From contig JBLDXI010000015.1 of assembly GCA_047495785.1 (NCBI GenBank), positions 3,596,001-3,660,000 of the forward strand: DNA of 64,000 nucleotides, given 5' to 3'. Below the pieces are notes generated by a model. The model was given only the letters and a program-made list of their open reading frames with translations, was not told the DNA's origin and did not search any database. This document shows, in pieces, positions 48,601-62,100 of this stretch; position 1 is the stretch's first letter, and each line of letters begins with the position of its first letter. This stretch comes from Lepidodermella squamata (Eukaryota; Animalia; Gastrotricha). The position numbers and the translations under genes were made by a program.

Positions 48601-49906
48601 GCAAGGTAGCTGTAATACACAACGTGAAAATAAAAATAGAGTAATTTGGAGAATCTAACCGATAATTGGACCTCCTGATCGTATAATAGGATGCTCTGTG
48701 TTAAAAAGGATAACATTATTCGAGTTCTGACAATTTATTGATTGTTTACCTTTATTCCTAATTTGGGAGTGTTCACCGGAGCGAGAACTTTATATTTTGG
48801 CTGCAACTCCTCAAATTGTTGAGCGATTTGTATAACTTCCTTAGTGAAGTTGGTTTTTCCTATAAACCGAAAAAACGTCAAATTCGGCTGATTATGAGCG
48901 AATTCCTCCATTGAGTTCAAATGAATATCCTGAAAAATATGGAAAAAATTGCCGAAAATTATGGAATTATTGCTATTTTACCGGGTTTGTGAAGATAAAG
49001 GCGTAATCTGAATTAAGGATGCCCATGCGAAGTGCGAGTTGTAGGAACCGAATCGACCGATTCTCATCAAACGCAACAATAACCGATTGCCATTTTGTTT
49101 TTATCGTATAAACAACTTCGTACAGGTTGTCATCGCTGACCGCCAGGGCGAGAGCGTGGCCTATTTGTTTAGGATTGCCGAGTAGCTGATTCACGCAGGC
49201 TAAATTTAGCGGCGTGTCGTAGAGCAGTAGCATATTGATCCATTTATAAGCTTCGATCGCCTCTTGAACGGCGGGTATTAAAAAATCGCACATGTAAAAG
49301 TGGAAATGCGACGACACCGGCATCATAGCCATTGATGAAATGGTAAAAAGCTCAATCACTGGAATCTAGATCACAAAAATTATTAGGAATTAGGAATTAG
49401 GAAGAGGAATTTGAAACAAACTGTAGATATCTGCGAAAGCTCTCCGAGAAACCCGCGAAATGTCGGGGTGGTATCGCTTAAAATCAAGGCAATCAAATTT
49501 GATTCCTTTTGAATTCGCTTGCACACTTCAAAATTAGAAAAAAATATTTAATTACATTGGCAGATTTCCAAAACTCACGGGTAACTGTTGCGGTGAGAGG
49601 ATCATCGAAAATAGGAATTTTCACAATCGAAACAACGTAACGCGTCTGGTTGGCTAGTAGATTGCGGTCGTAAAATGTGAAAAATTTAGCTGTTGCCTCC
49701 AGCGTGGCCGAAGTTTGGCGCCACACTTGCGCCGAATTTGACGAGTTGTCTATCACAATCACTGGAAAAAGCGATAAAGCCAAATTTTCTTCAAATCCGA
49801 ACTTACTGACGCGAACATGGTCGATAATTTCGGTCTGGCCGTTTGAATTTTTCAGGCAAGCCAATGTGAGCAAAATTAACGCGAGGTTCAAACGGCTGTT
49901 GCTCAT
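45671..49906 (-). CDS. Ionotropic glutamate receptor (kainate/AMPA-like)
   Basis: Signal peptide, ATD exons; FEGFCIDLL, WNGMVGE, APLTITYARE, VDFTKPF, SSYTANLAAFLT, GGATENFF, LMES, LDSKGYGIAT, M4; multi-exon. Confidence 0.95.
47430..47484. repeat. (GGAAA)n microsatellite in an iGluR intron
   Basis: About 11 perfect pentamer copies. Confidence 0.95.
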
Positions 49907-50934
49907 TTTGGCACCGACGATGACCCGTTAATTAATCATAAAAATGCTGATGATCCGTTCGTCCTAGATAATTTCTATGAAAGAATATTATGAGTATATG
50001 TATTTTTTAAGGAAGCGGGTTGTAAATAACGGCATGTTAAAGAGATCATCGCTTCGTACTAATGCGATGACCATCTCAATTTTCGTTAATCATCGGCGCG
50101 TAAAGTGTAATATCATGTGAGCGATAGCGCCTCGCGCAATAATTTTTTGCACGCGCGTACCCGCGGAGTGCGTGGCTATTATTTTAAGGCGGTTTATTAA
50201 CGCTCAGTTAAATATAGGCGCATAACGGCGATCGCCTTGATATTCACCCAAGTTCTTCTTACGGCAGCAACTTACATGAGATGCGAGCATTTTTCAACAG
50301 GCGAATATAACACGCGGAATAAATCATAATAAAAATAATAGCAAAATATATGCGATAATAATACCTCTTTATATTGCAATATGTGCTATAAAAAAGTATG
50401 AAAATCAGCGCCATTAAAAGCGTTGCTTCACGGCTTCAAACACTTGCCGCCGGCGCCGCCGGGCCAACAACAGTGATATGCAGAAGTGCATGGGTATATA
50501 ACTCTGAATAAATCAACCGTTTAATTCAGTGCCAAAACCACCGCCTCTTTAGTTCATTTTTAACAGTTTTGTCAGGAATTGATATCGAGTATAGTAATAT
50601 ATTAGCCGACTGCATATATAGTCTATATCTAGGCTGTGTGTAATGTTGACGAAAAGTTATATGACTGGCGTGGGGCAAAAGCAAACAGCGATTTTATTGA
50701 TTTGCATAATGGCCGGAAATGGAATGATCGTTAACGTTTTCCTCTTACAGGTTTTATCATCAACGCAACCAAAGCTGATAAAGAAATACCAATTGCCAAG
50801 TTACATTGAAATTAAATTTTTTTTAAATTTTCATGTCGCGTGGGTCGAATCAGAATTCAAGGCGCGTGTGTTTTCCGTCAATTTTGAAGCAAATAATAAA
50901 TAATAATAAATCACAAAAAAATAGAGAATTTTGT

Positions 50935-52025
50935 ATGATTTACATCCTGATTTGGGCTATTGGCGTTGTTGGAGCAAATTCTCTCCGGCTGACCTTGACG
51001 GATGAAGCAAAGCGGATCGAAACCAAATGGCTATGGAATCAGATATATGAGGTTCGAAGGAAGCGATTTTAGTCGATTCCCTCATTATTTTTATTATTTT
51101 CAGGAATTAGAAGTAGCCGAGCAGAAATTGCCCTATGACTCATCCGTCGCCAATAATCCAAGCAACTCTAAACGAAATCGCTATCGTGACATATTGCCGC
51201 CTAATGATCACCGCGTGTTACTGGAACGGGGCGAAAATGACTACATAAACGCATGTTGGTGCCAAATGACAGTCGGCAATGTCGTAATTAATCAAATTTT
51301 CGCGCAAGCCCCGCTTCGAAATACGATCGGCGATTTGTGGCAAATGATCTGGGAGCAGGGTGTTCAAAACATCGTTATGCTGACTGGTTTTGTTGAAAGC
51401 GGCCGCAAGAAATGCTACCCGTATTTTCCTATCGATGAATCATCGGCTTATTCGAAATATTCGTCGCAAATCGGAAAATTCAAAATCTCGGTCTTACACG
51501 TTGAGGAATTTGAAGATTTCACGTTTCGGATTTTCAACGTAACAATGGGACATGTAAGCAAGACTTATTAACCCTTATTGTTATCATCTCGCTCTTTTTA
51601 GTCTAGTCGGCAGGTTAGGCACTACCATTATACCGGCTGGCCAGATCACGGGGTCCCTGATAATGCGGATAATTTTGTTAGGTTTTTCCTTACTCTACGA
51701 CAAGTTGATGCTTTGACAAGTTCATCGCCGACTCTCATTCACTGCAGTGCAGGTGTTGGTCGAACTGGAGTATTAGCCCTGGCTAACGCTGCCTATTCAT
51801 TGGTATGTTTTTTTTTATGAAAATTCGCAATTTTATTCAAATTTTGAATCGCAGATCTCGATTGGGCAAGATGTTTCGATAGTAACCGTGAGAGAGCTGA
51901 TTCTTCGAATGAGGACTTGTCGCTCAGGCATCGTTCAAACTCCGGGTCAGCTGCGTTTTGCAACCGATTTGATCGGCAAACTTTTCGAAGCTTATCATCG
52001 GGACTTGAGAGATGAATTAAAATAA
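50935..52025 (+). CDS. Classical protein tyrosine phosphatase, PTP1B/TC-PTP-like domain with hydrophobic N-terminus
   Basis: Four exons; RNRYRDILP, DYINA, WQMIWEQ, KCYPYFP, WPDHGVP, HCSAGVGRTG, IVQTPGQ. Confidence 0.92.
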
Positions 52026-52409
52026 AATAAATTATTTTTGGATAATTTAATAAATTAATGAAGAATTGGAATTTTATGAGCGATTAGGTTTTAGATTTTA
52101 ATTAGTTTTTTATTTTGGTTCATTTTTTGCTTTTTTTCTCTAAAATCGCGTCAGAGTACTCGCCGTTCAGAAGAAGGAGGAAAAAACAATGTGTCACCGT
52201 GTCACGTAAAGTAACAATCAACGGGAAGCAGCAGCAGGCCATTGATCGCCGGCCTGGGGAATAATCACACTCCACCGGCTTGATTTCAAAATTAAAACGA
52301 GAAAAAAACATTTTCGTGACCTGACGCAAGTTCTAGTCTCGCGGCTCGTTAAGCGAAGCGTGAAGATAATTTCTGTTAATTAATAAAAAAAACTCATTGC
52401 CCTCGCAGC

Positions 52410-54627
52410 ATGAGCGCATGGCGCCGAGCGGCTTGGGTCAATTCACTTAAAAAACCGCCGATGCTGACGATAACGCAAACCGAGGAGCATGTAATAACCG
52501 AAAAATCGCTAGATGACGGCTCGACATCTAGCGTTGTGCTGATTACCGAAACAACGACGATGAGCGCGCACGATCGGCGGCGAAATTTTCGTTCCGGGTC
52601 GATGGTTCCGTTCGTCACAACAAAGGACGCTAATCCCCTGGCTAAGTTTTCGTCGAAAAATAACACTGAGTCAGCAGCATCGAACAGCATCGTATCAGGC
52701 CCAATATCGCTAACTCCGTTAGTCTACAACACGTCGGTTCTGCAAAATTTAGCGAATACTGAATCGGTGTTGATGAGCGCTGTTGCGCAATATCGAACGC
52801 GGCAGGATGAAGCGCGCCGATTTATTGAAAAATACCGCTCGGCGTCGAATCCGTTCATGCGTAGCGGCGAGGCGGGTGCGTTTATCAGCGAAACGACGGT
52901 ATTTAAAATGTCGCCGGGCGCTAAGGAGTCGGTACTGGCGGTTCACAGGAACGCGGAGAGAGAGAAGCGTGTCCACCAGGAGGCAACCAAGCGTATCGAA
53001 GCCCATTTCGACGGTTTACAGATGTCGAGCATGATCCAGAGCAGCGAGATTGGCCAAGTTCATGGCATGACAACAATACCACTGCGTAACGTGCTAGCTT
53101 TGGTCCATGACGATTGCAAAATTTCGGTAAAAATCAGTCAGGCGGAACATTTTATTAAGGCTGATTTTTTTATTCTCTACATCGTAATTTTCAGATTTTT
53201 GCCGTAGTCGAAAACTGGCAATTGCAAACGATAGCGACGTTCACCGTTAACGAGTTGGACCGGCGCCAAAAGCCGCAGCCTTTGATGATGAACGGCGTTA
53301 TAGCAGCGACGCCGGGTCAAATTTTCGTCCTCAACAAACTCGCGACGAAAATTCACCGTTTCGATTTCGAACTGTTCGAGGCCGCTTACAATGCTGATTG
53401 CTACGAAGAGCATGAAGCAACGGCCGAGTTGATGGCGAAAAGTCTTGTTGGCACTATGCTAGGGCTTGTTGTCATTTCGAAATTCAACGAACTTTACACG
53501 TCAACAGGCGATCACATTGTCGTTTATTCAATAGCAACTGGCCGCGAGTTGCTTCGATCGGCTGTTGTTCAGCCGCCGAGCAGCATTGCTTCGATATGGT
53601 CAAGTGCCGGCATTTGCTACGGAATTCAGGGCAATGACAATTCTGCGCTTCGAATCAAGTTTTTTCGAGATAACAAGAAGCATGATGGATATGATGTTAA
53701 GTTGATAAACACTAACGGCCTATTTGGCAACGGCGGGGCGACCTTTGACACAAATTCAAACAGCTTGCTAGTAGCAACATCTGACTCAGTTCTAGTGAGT
53801 TGAACGCCCATTTTCAGGCCCGCCGAAGTTACCTCAATGCGCGCGCTCCTATTGGCTGACCTTTTGTGCGCGCAAGTATCGAAATACCGCGCGCGGCCAT
53901 TACAAAGGCTAAATTTCGAATTTCCCGGCGGTTTTTATATCAAAATAAATTCATAAAATTTGGAATCGATTGACTATATGGGATTCCCGCTCGAAAAATG
54001 TTAAACGAATTTTTTTGCGTGTGCGCAAAATTTGTCGTATATTTTCGTTAACGCGCGCATTATTTTGACTGCACGTAAAAAAATTCGCGTTACACTTTTC
54101 GAGCGGGAATCCCATAGTCAATCGATTCCAAATTTTATGAATTTTATTCTGATATAAAAACCGCCGGGAAATTCGAAATTTAGCCTTTGTCATTTTACGA
54201 GCGCGCGGTGGGCCAATCAAAGTGCGCGCTGTGAGGATAATTAGGCGGGCCGGAAAATATGCGAGTTGAACTTGGGAAATTTTCATTTAAATAATTTTAC
54301 CAATTTCAGGCCCTAGCTTCAGTGGAATTTGCTACCCGGAGTACCTGCGCCACTGTTCCGAAGATTCCCGTGATTTCTAGCCTAAGTGATTTCGGCATAT
54401 CAAAGCCGATCGCCCTAGCTACTCTCGAGCCGATTATTCACGGATCGCGGCATAACTCGCAGGAAACGTTTGGTGCCACGGTTATTCACGAAGAAACTGA
54501 TGATGATTTGGCGAAGGACAACGCCAAGGATGTCAACAATTTGAAGCCAGAACCAGAAGAGAAAAAGCAACGATCGTTGCTAGCCGTATTAGATGCTGAG
54601 TCATCATCGTTATACATTTTTTCTTAA
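52410..54627 (+). CDS. Uncharacterised three-exon protein, possible beta-propeller-like central region
   Basis: Exons ~52410-53127, 53194-53794, 54310-54627 join in frame via GT-AG introns; the second intron holds MITE copy 2. Confidence 0.65.
53806..54262. mobile_element. Palindromic MULE-type MITE, copy 2 (intronic)
   Basis: Inverted arms homologous to 34461-34897; 9-bp TSD GAGTTGAAC at 53797 and 54263. Confidence 0.92.
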
Positions 54628-54875
54628 GAAGGATAAAATTTCCCGAAGCAACAACTTGTTAATTTTCAGTTTATTTAACACACTGATAATCTGAACTGCC
54701 TCTTTGAAGGAAAATAAACTTTATTTCAGCGTCAATACCATAGCGATAAATGCCGCCGTTGAATCGTCGGTAATACTGTCACAAATATCATTCTTTAAAT
54801 TAGGTTTAATAAATTAGAGTAGCTATGATGGAGACTCTCGCCTTGTATTTTGTCACGCCTCATCAATCTTCATCG

Positions 54876-57800
54876 TCAAAATCTGGCGGCTTTTGCAGAA
54901 CCCTTCGAACCGATCTCCGGAACGTATTCCTCAGCGCGCCAACTTGGTCGCCAGTAAAAGTGATAGCCAGCGGTTGCCTGTAAAAAGAAATGCCATTATG
55001 AAAAATACGTCGAAATAATCGCAAATTTTCGCAAACTTTTTCTTTCTGCCCTTGGTTTTGCACGTTCGAGCCTTGCGGTGCTTGTAGTTCCTGATCGCCT
55101 GGTTGATGAGCCTGTCGACGTGTTGCACTAGTTCATCGAAGCCGACCATCAGGGCTCGGTGTTGCTTCTCCTCCTCGGAATTCGAAAAATCTAAATGCTC
55201 CTCGCTTGATTTGCTGTGATGCTCCATTTCTTGCTTTTTCTCCGTCGCAAAGTCACCCTCGACTCCGAACGAGTTCGCCAGCGTGTTTGCCGAGTCGATG
55301 GCCAAGTCTTTAAGAACTGAAACAGGAAACCATAATTGAATAATTAATTATTCTGGGGCTAATAAAATCCTACTTAAAGCGCGATAAAAAATCGACAATT
55401 GTAAAATAACAATAATTCAGCTACGAGCTATTTTACTCGTCGATGAATTTTTCAATTCAATTTGAATTTTGAATTTTTGAATTTTTGAATTTTCGAATTT
55501 TTCTAAATTTTACATTTTTTCAAAATTAACCAAAAATGTTTTCCAACCTCGCCTCCTCTGAAACGCATTTTTGATAGGTAATAAATTCACGGCGAATTTC
55601 CAAATATTTTTTTATATGTTTTCGATATATAAGGTCTTACCCTCTTTATTCGCGGCAACATCATCGATGTCCGTTATAACAACAACGGCCGATTGCGCCG
55701 GGTTTTCGTTGTCGTTCACAGCGGTTTGAAGAAACATTTGCGGTTCTTCATCTCCACTCTTGACAAGCTTCTCCGCGTCAACTTTATAGACATGAATAAA
55801 GTTTATCACAACACTTTCATCGGATAGAAAAATTTACCGTTGACTGCTTCGGTAGCTTTGTCTCCATCAGTATTTATCACTGGAACCTTGATCTTCTCAT
55901 TGACAACTGCAAATGAAAAGTTATGCCGCAGTTAGCTCGAATTACTACAACCTTACCTTGGATTGTCTCTTCTTTTGGGGCTTCGGTAGTGCTCGGAGAT
56001 TCCGGAATGGCGGAGGTAGTCGTAGCAACAGTAGTTGTTGAAACTTCGGTTTGAACTTCAGAGCCAACTGGGGATTGAACTGGGATTGCAGCTTCAGAAC
56101 CTGATGAGAAAATAATATGAATAATGAAAAAGCTGGCAATTTTACGAATTTGGGATAATAGAACTTGATTTCTTTAAACTCCTACCATTTTATTAGATAC
56201 TGAACCTTTTTTGAGGTATTTTATCTATTGATCGAATCTATAACATCAATCTCAAACCCAAACTTGATTTTCGGCGGAGCCTTAAACCTTGAACTAACTT
56301 CCAACTTATAGGCTATTAACACTCATTTTTCTATTGATCTGAAGCTTCAGAACTCTAAACTTTGATTGCGGCTTGAGGCCACCAATATTTGGGGCTTACA
56401 TTTTTAATATGAACCTACAAAAGATTAACGCCATTTACCTATTTCTACAATCTGCTGGATTTCAGGTGCTTTTTCAACACTGAAGGCATCAGGCTCGATA
56501 TAAAATGGGACCACATTTTGATGCTGTATTCCGCGTCTAACGATTCTATCTACACCAGTGATTTGAATTTCCAAGCCAGTATAACCGTTACCAATTCATT
56601 ACCACCAAATTTGAATGAAATTACCTGATGTACGGATTTTTGGTTGATTATCTGTTGTTTGCTCCGTGGTAACCACTGATTTATTCGTAATTGAAAACTA
56701 GATAATTAATTGGTTCGAAATTATACCTGCAACTAGCTTTTCCACAGCAGGAACATTGATCTGGACGGTTTCCGGGGTCGTGATAACTTCAACCACATTT
56801 CCAGGCAGTTGTACTAGATGTTAAATTCGAAATGTCAGCGTTAGAATATTCAGAAGGTAGTGAATATATACTGTCAGCAATGCTTTGTTGTGCTGGAATT
56901 TGAACGTCATTAGCAGCCGGTTGTGGCTGAGCCTTATCCGCGGGGCTTTCAGTCGGAACGTTTGCAATTATTATGACTGGGGCTTGAACTTCTGGCTCGT
57001 TGGGTTGAACGTTGGTGATAGGAGAATTTCCAGCCTGATCCTGAGCGCTGCTCGCAATCGAATCGACTGCCTTGGCTAAAATTAGACCATTTTTTATCGA
57101 AACAATTTAAATTGAAGGTCAGAAAAACAATACCTTTTTCAGGTACAAAAATATCCGTAACTGAAATCAGAATAAAAAAAATCATCCCGATGACAGTTTT
57201 CCATTGTTATTTCAACTTACTAAGATCCTGAATTTCTTTCTTCAAATCTAGCAAATCAATATTGGTGGGTTGCTGGCTGTTCCCGGCAGGTTCAGAGACA
57301 GGTTGGCCGGTTGATGAGCCAGCAGCCGGCTGGTCAACTTTAACTTCAGGTGGCGCAACAACCACGTCTTGGGCCTTGACAGGTATTAGCTCAATCGTTT
57401 TCACCTCTTGCTCGGCCGGTTTCGCCGGTTCGCGAATTTCAGGAATAGGGTTGATGACTTCAGCTTGAGTAGGTGCTATGGCCATTATAGTTGTAAGAAA
57501 TTCCGACTACGTCACAGCCAAATTACCTGGTTGCTCATGATTTTCCGGTTGAGCGATCTCAGGTTTCGGATTTTCATTGTTCGTAATTGCTAAATTTTAG
57601 AAAAATTCAGAACAATTTATCAGATTAATTAGGGGAACCCACCTTTAATGAACTCATTGAAAAGCTTGTCTTCATCTGTTTTCTCATTGCCGATCGAAGC
57701 TATTGAGTGGGTAAAAAATTTATTTTTCAAATTAATAAAAAAATTTTCCACAACCTTGCGCGGGTCCGTCTCCACTGCCGCCAATGCTCGCTAAAAAATA

Positions 57801-58693
57801 ATGAAAATTTGAAATATTTCTAAAATAATAGTTCGGCGTGTTAACCTGGTGGGTTAACAACAGGCTGCAATGGTACCGAACTAGGTGCCGGTAAAGGGTC
57901 GCTGTTATCGAGTATGTTAACGAGGCGATCAATTTCTACTAAAATTTATCTAAATAAAATTTTTTGAGATGTTTTTTGTAGCAACCAACCCGCTTTCTCC
58001 TGAGCATTTGCGTCGACGGCGCTGTTCACTGGAACCGGTTCCACCGGCGGAATGTTCGCGATCGGGTCATTGTTAACAGCCGCTCCATTATCGGCAACAT
58101 TGGCCGTGTTCATTTGCAAGAAAATATCCTCATTTCCAGCATTATTTGTAAATCCTGAAAAGTTATAAATCAATAAATTGGTCAATTTAATAAAGGTCAT
58201 GATACCTTGGGCCCCGCCTGGATGATCATCAGCCAATTGTTCAGTCTTTCGTCTCTCAGCCTCTTGCCTCTGCACTGTAAAAAGGATGATAATTCAACAA
58301 AATTCCACCTTAAAAATCTCACATTCAAGATTTTGGAGTGTTCTGGTAAAGTACTCGATAGCAGCCTCGGCTTCGGCTCGAGCAGTGTTGTAGCTCACAT
58401 CTTCGTCCTCTTCTGCATTCGGCAGCAATAAAAAAAATAAAAAAATAATTTAAAAAAATTAGGGAAACCTGGATGGTGAACTTCTTCAGGTTTAAGAGGC
58501 TCCAGACGACCTGAAGGATTTTTGAAGAATAAACGGCCCCCTTTGCGAACTGCATCACACCTAGGATCCCATGTGAGAGCGGCGACTTCTAAAAATTAAC
58601 CCTAAATTTTTCGGCCAGATTTTTGTCGGAAAAATTACCCGATATCCAGATAGCCGAAATAAGTAAAACAGCAAGAAATTGCTTGCCCAACAT
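54876..58693 (-). CDS. Secreted low-complexity protein encoded by many short exons (phase 1 wherever checked, except the last intron)
   Basis: Signal peptide MLGKQFLAVLLISAIWIS; symmetric exons of 36, 57 and 63 nt near 57.5-57.8 kb; last exon ends ...KAARF*. Not every internal exon was verified. Confidence 0.7.
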
Positions 58694-59176
58694 TACCCGT
58701 TCGAATGTTGAGCCACTTCAATTGAATAAGACAAGCAGTAATTTCAAAAATTTAAACTATTAATTTTATGACGTTTTTGTGTGAAAAAAATTTTTAGGTG
58801 CGAGAAAATTGAATCGCGAGCCGCCTTATTTTTCATTCACATTTTCGTAGCAAAATACCGTTTCAATGTTATTGACACACGTTTCAGTGATGTTTTCCAC
58901 TTAATAGCTCGCACGTGCGCTAATCATTTCCAGCCTTGTTGCGTTATTTACAAATTTTAAAATAGAAAAAACATCCCTTCCCATCACTGGACTCACCACC
59001 TCTAAAATCCCGGAACGAAAATGGGTTAAACTAGATGTTTTCACAAGCAATTTTTATTGCGTAATATTATACATTATCACTTCAATAATTTGTAAAAATA
59101 AATAGGAGAAATGATAAGCACTCATTTAACCTAACAGATTAAATCTGACATCTTCAATCAAATAATAAGTTCAGTT

Positions 59177-62100
59177 TTAGGGCTTTGAGACGTTGTCCCT
59201 TTTATCAGCCCTCGAAGCAATCGCTGAGTTGGCGGCAGCAGGAACCGATGCCTTAGGCTTGGCCGTAGTCCTGGTAAGAATTATCGCAAAATTTGAATAT
59301 TCAAACTTAGACCCCCAAGGTACCTTTCAGTTGTGGTTGTCGGTTTCTTCGTGGTGGTAGGTGCTTCGGTTGTCGTAGTCGGGCTGAAATTAAAGAGATA
59401 AATTTCCACCTCTATTTATTAACGCAAATAATTACGTTTCAGGCTCGACCGCAGAATTGGAGGCCGATGATTGCACGACTACGGGTGATTCCTTAGCTGC
59501 CTCGGTAGTCCTAAAAAACTTCAAAAATTAAAAGATGAACGGAGTTATTGATAACAGTTCCTACGTCGTAGCAACAGTGGTTGTCTTCCTCCTGCGCGCC
59601 TTAATCGTAGTTTTCTCAGTTGTACTGTTAAACAATTATTTATCATTTACATGAATATCTATTATTTATGTAAACATACGTCTCAGGTCCTTCAGCCACG
59701 GTTGTGCTGCAAAAAATGACGATAAAACATCCGAATTTTCATGGAATTTATATTATTACCTCTGCGTGGTGGTCGTCCTCTTCCTTTTAGGCTTCGCCGT
59801 TGTTGTTGTGCTAGAAAATCTCAAATTATTCCCGTTTATTTAGGGCGAGGCATGCAATCGTACGTTTCCGCTTCGGAATCGGCCTCAACTAGGCTTGCTC
59901 TGACTATGGGAGCGTCATCAGCGCTATTGAGGGAAAATTTTCTTAATTTTTTAAATTTTTATCAAGTAATTTATATACCTCGCATTCGTTGCAGTTGTAG
60001 CCTCACTTGCAGTGCTGATTGAAAATATTCGACATAAATCCAAATAGTCGAAAATTTGAAAAAATTGAGCATACGTTTCAGGTTGTTTAGTGGTAGTAGT
60101 GGCTTCCGTAGTAGTTGTAGTCGTTGGCCTGTTGGAGTCAGGAATTTAAAGGCAACATTGGTACAATTTGCTTAATTTTCTTACGCCTCAGTAGTAGTTG
60201 TGGGCGTGGTAGTCGTAGGCCTGAAAAATTCCGCGTTAATTCACAAAATTATTGAAAAAAACCAGAAATACTTTTCCGTGGTCGTAGTAACGGTCGTGGA
60301 TTCGGTGGTCGTGATAGGAGTCGGTTTTTCAGTGATAGTTGTGGTAGTTTCCTCCTCTTCATCTTCCGCAGCTAGCATGAATCTTCCAGATGGCTCAGCC
60401 TCATCAGAGATTGTTGTAGTAACCCTGCAAGTTTGATTTTTCGTTAAAATTAATTTACAAGCTATTCAGTAGAAATACCCTTCCGTGGTCGCCTCAGTGG
60501 ATGGGATAGTCGTGGTTACTTCATCGGCTTTTTCCGTCGTAGCTCCATCAAGCCCGATTTTAGGTTCCGAAGCGGCTGAAGCTTCATTAACAACCTAAAA
60601 AATTATTTGGAAATTTCGAAAAATATTTAATCGTTATATTCAAACTTACACTTGGTTTGATTTGTTCCTGATTGCTCGTCTCAATCGCTGCACTTTCGGC
60701 ATTTATTGACGAGCTAATTCGAAGCAGAATACTGAAATTAATACCTATTCAAGGCGAGATATACCTACCTCTCGGTTGATGTGCTAGCCGCAGATTGGGT
60801 CGTCGTTCTAAAGAATAAGAAATAACAGATTTTCAAAAATAGACAATAGACAAATAAAAAATGAAGCTTACGTAGACTCGGTTGAGGTAGGTGCGACTGT
60901 GGTTGCCGGTGCACGCGTTGAAACGATCAACAAGCCTTCAGCACTAGCCTCGGCTTCAACAGAGCTGAAAAATATTCGAGAATATTTATCATGCTTCTCT
61001 TATGGAAAACCAAACCTTAGAGATGAGACAGTGGTGGTAGCCTGAGTCGTAACTGCTTCGGACTGGGTAGTAGCTCTAATTTAGAGTAAAAAAGATCGAC
61101 TTTAAAATTTAAGAAAAAATACAAAAATTAGGTTATTACGCCAAGGTTGTAGTCGGATCTGATTCAGCCTGGTCAACTTTCGGCGCGCCGTCACCTGACT
61201 GGTCAGCAGCGGCGACAAAGCCGGTATCTTCGCTTTTGCTATAAAAATTATCAAAAAATGATGTGAACAAAAACATTAAAATTCACTTACCTATTTTCAG
61301 GGACCTTCGAGTTCACGGTTGTGGCTTCAGTCGAAGCTGTGTTAATAGATCGGAGTTTAAAGCCTAACTGAAGTATGCAAAGAACAACTCACAGCTAGCT
61401 TGATTGCCTTGAGAAGGTTCGCTTTCGACGACAGGGTTCGGAACATCATTAGAAGTGGAAGCTCCATTGCTCAAAGGAGCAGCTGAATCTTTTCCAACTT
61501 CGCTCGTAGATGGCGAACCTGCTGTCAAAGGTTCCGCAGCAGGGATCGGTTTCACTTCGACAGCACTCTGAGCTTCCCTAAAGTCAATATTTCAATAAAG
61601 AATTGATTATGGCTCTCCTATAGACTTCAATCTCACGGCTCTCGATGCCGTGATTTAATAACGAAAATTAGATGTAAGCAAACAAAGTAAAATTTCACTT
61701 CTGAAGCGTGAATATTAAAATTTCACTCACTTATTTTCGGGAATGTTCGAGTTTACGGGGGCGGCTGCAGTTGAAGCTGCGTTAATAGATCAGAGTTTGA
61801 AGTGCAGCTAAAATGAGAAAAGTTCGACTTACAGCTGGTTTGATTGTCTTCAGAATCTCCGCTTCCGTCATCAGAAGTCGGCAGTTCAGCTTCATTGACC
61901 GCCGGAACGCCAGCATCTTTTCCAACTTCGCTCGTAGATGATGATGATGATGGCGAAGATTCCGCAGCAGGAGCCGGTTTCACTTCGCTTTGACTAAACA
62001 ATTATAAAAAATGTGATGACTATGATTATCGACTATGATTTGCATACCTATTTGCAGCGACAGTTGATGCTGCTTTAATAAATGGGAAATTTAAATGTAA

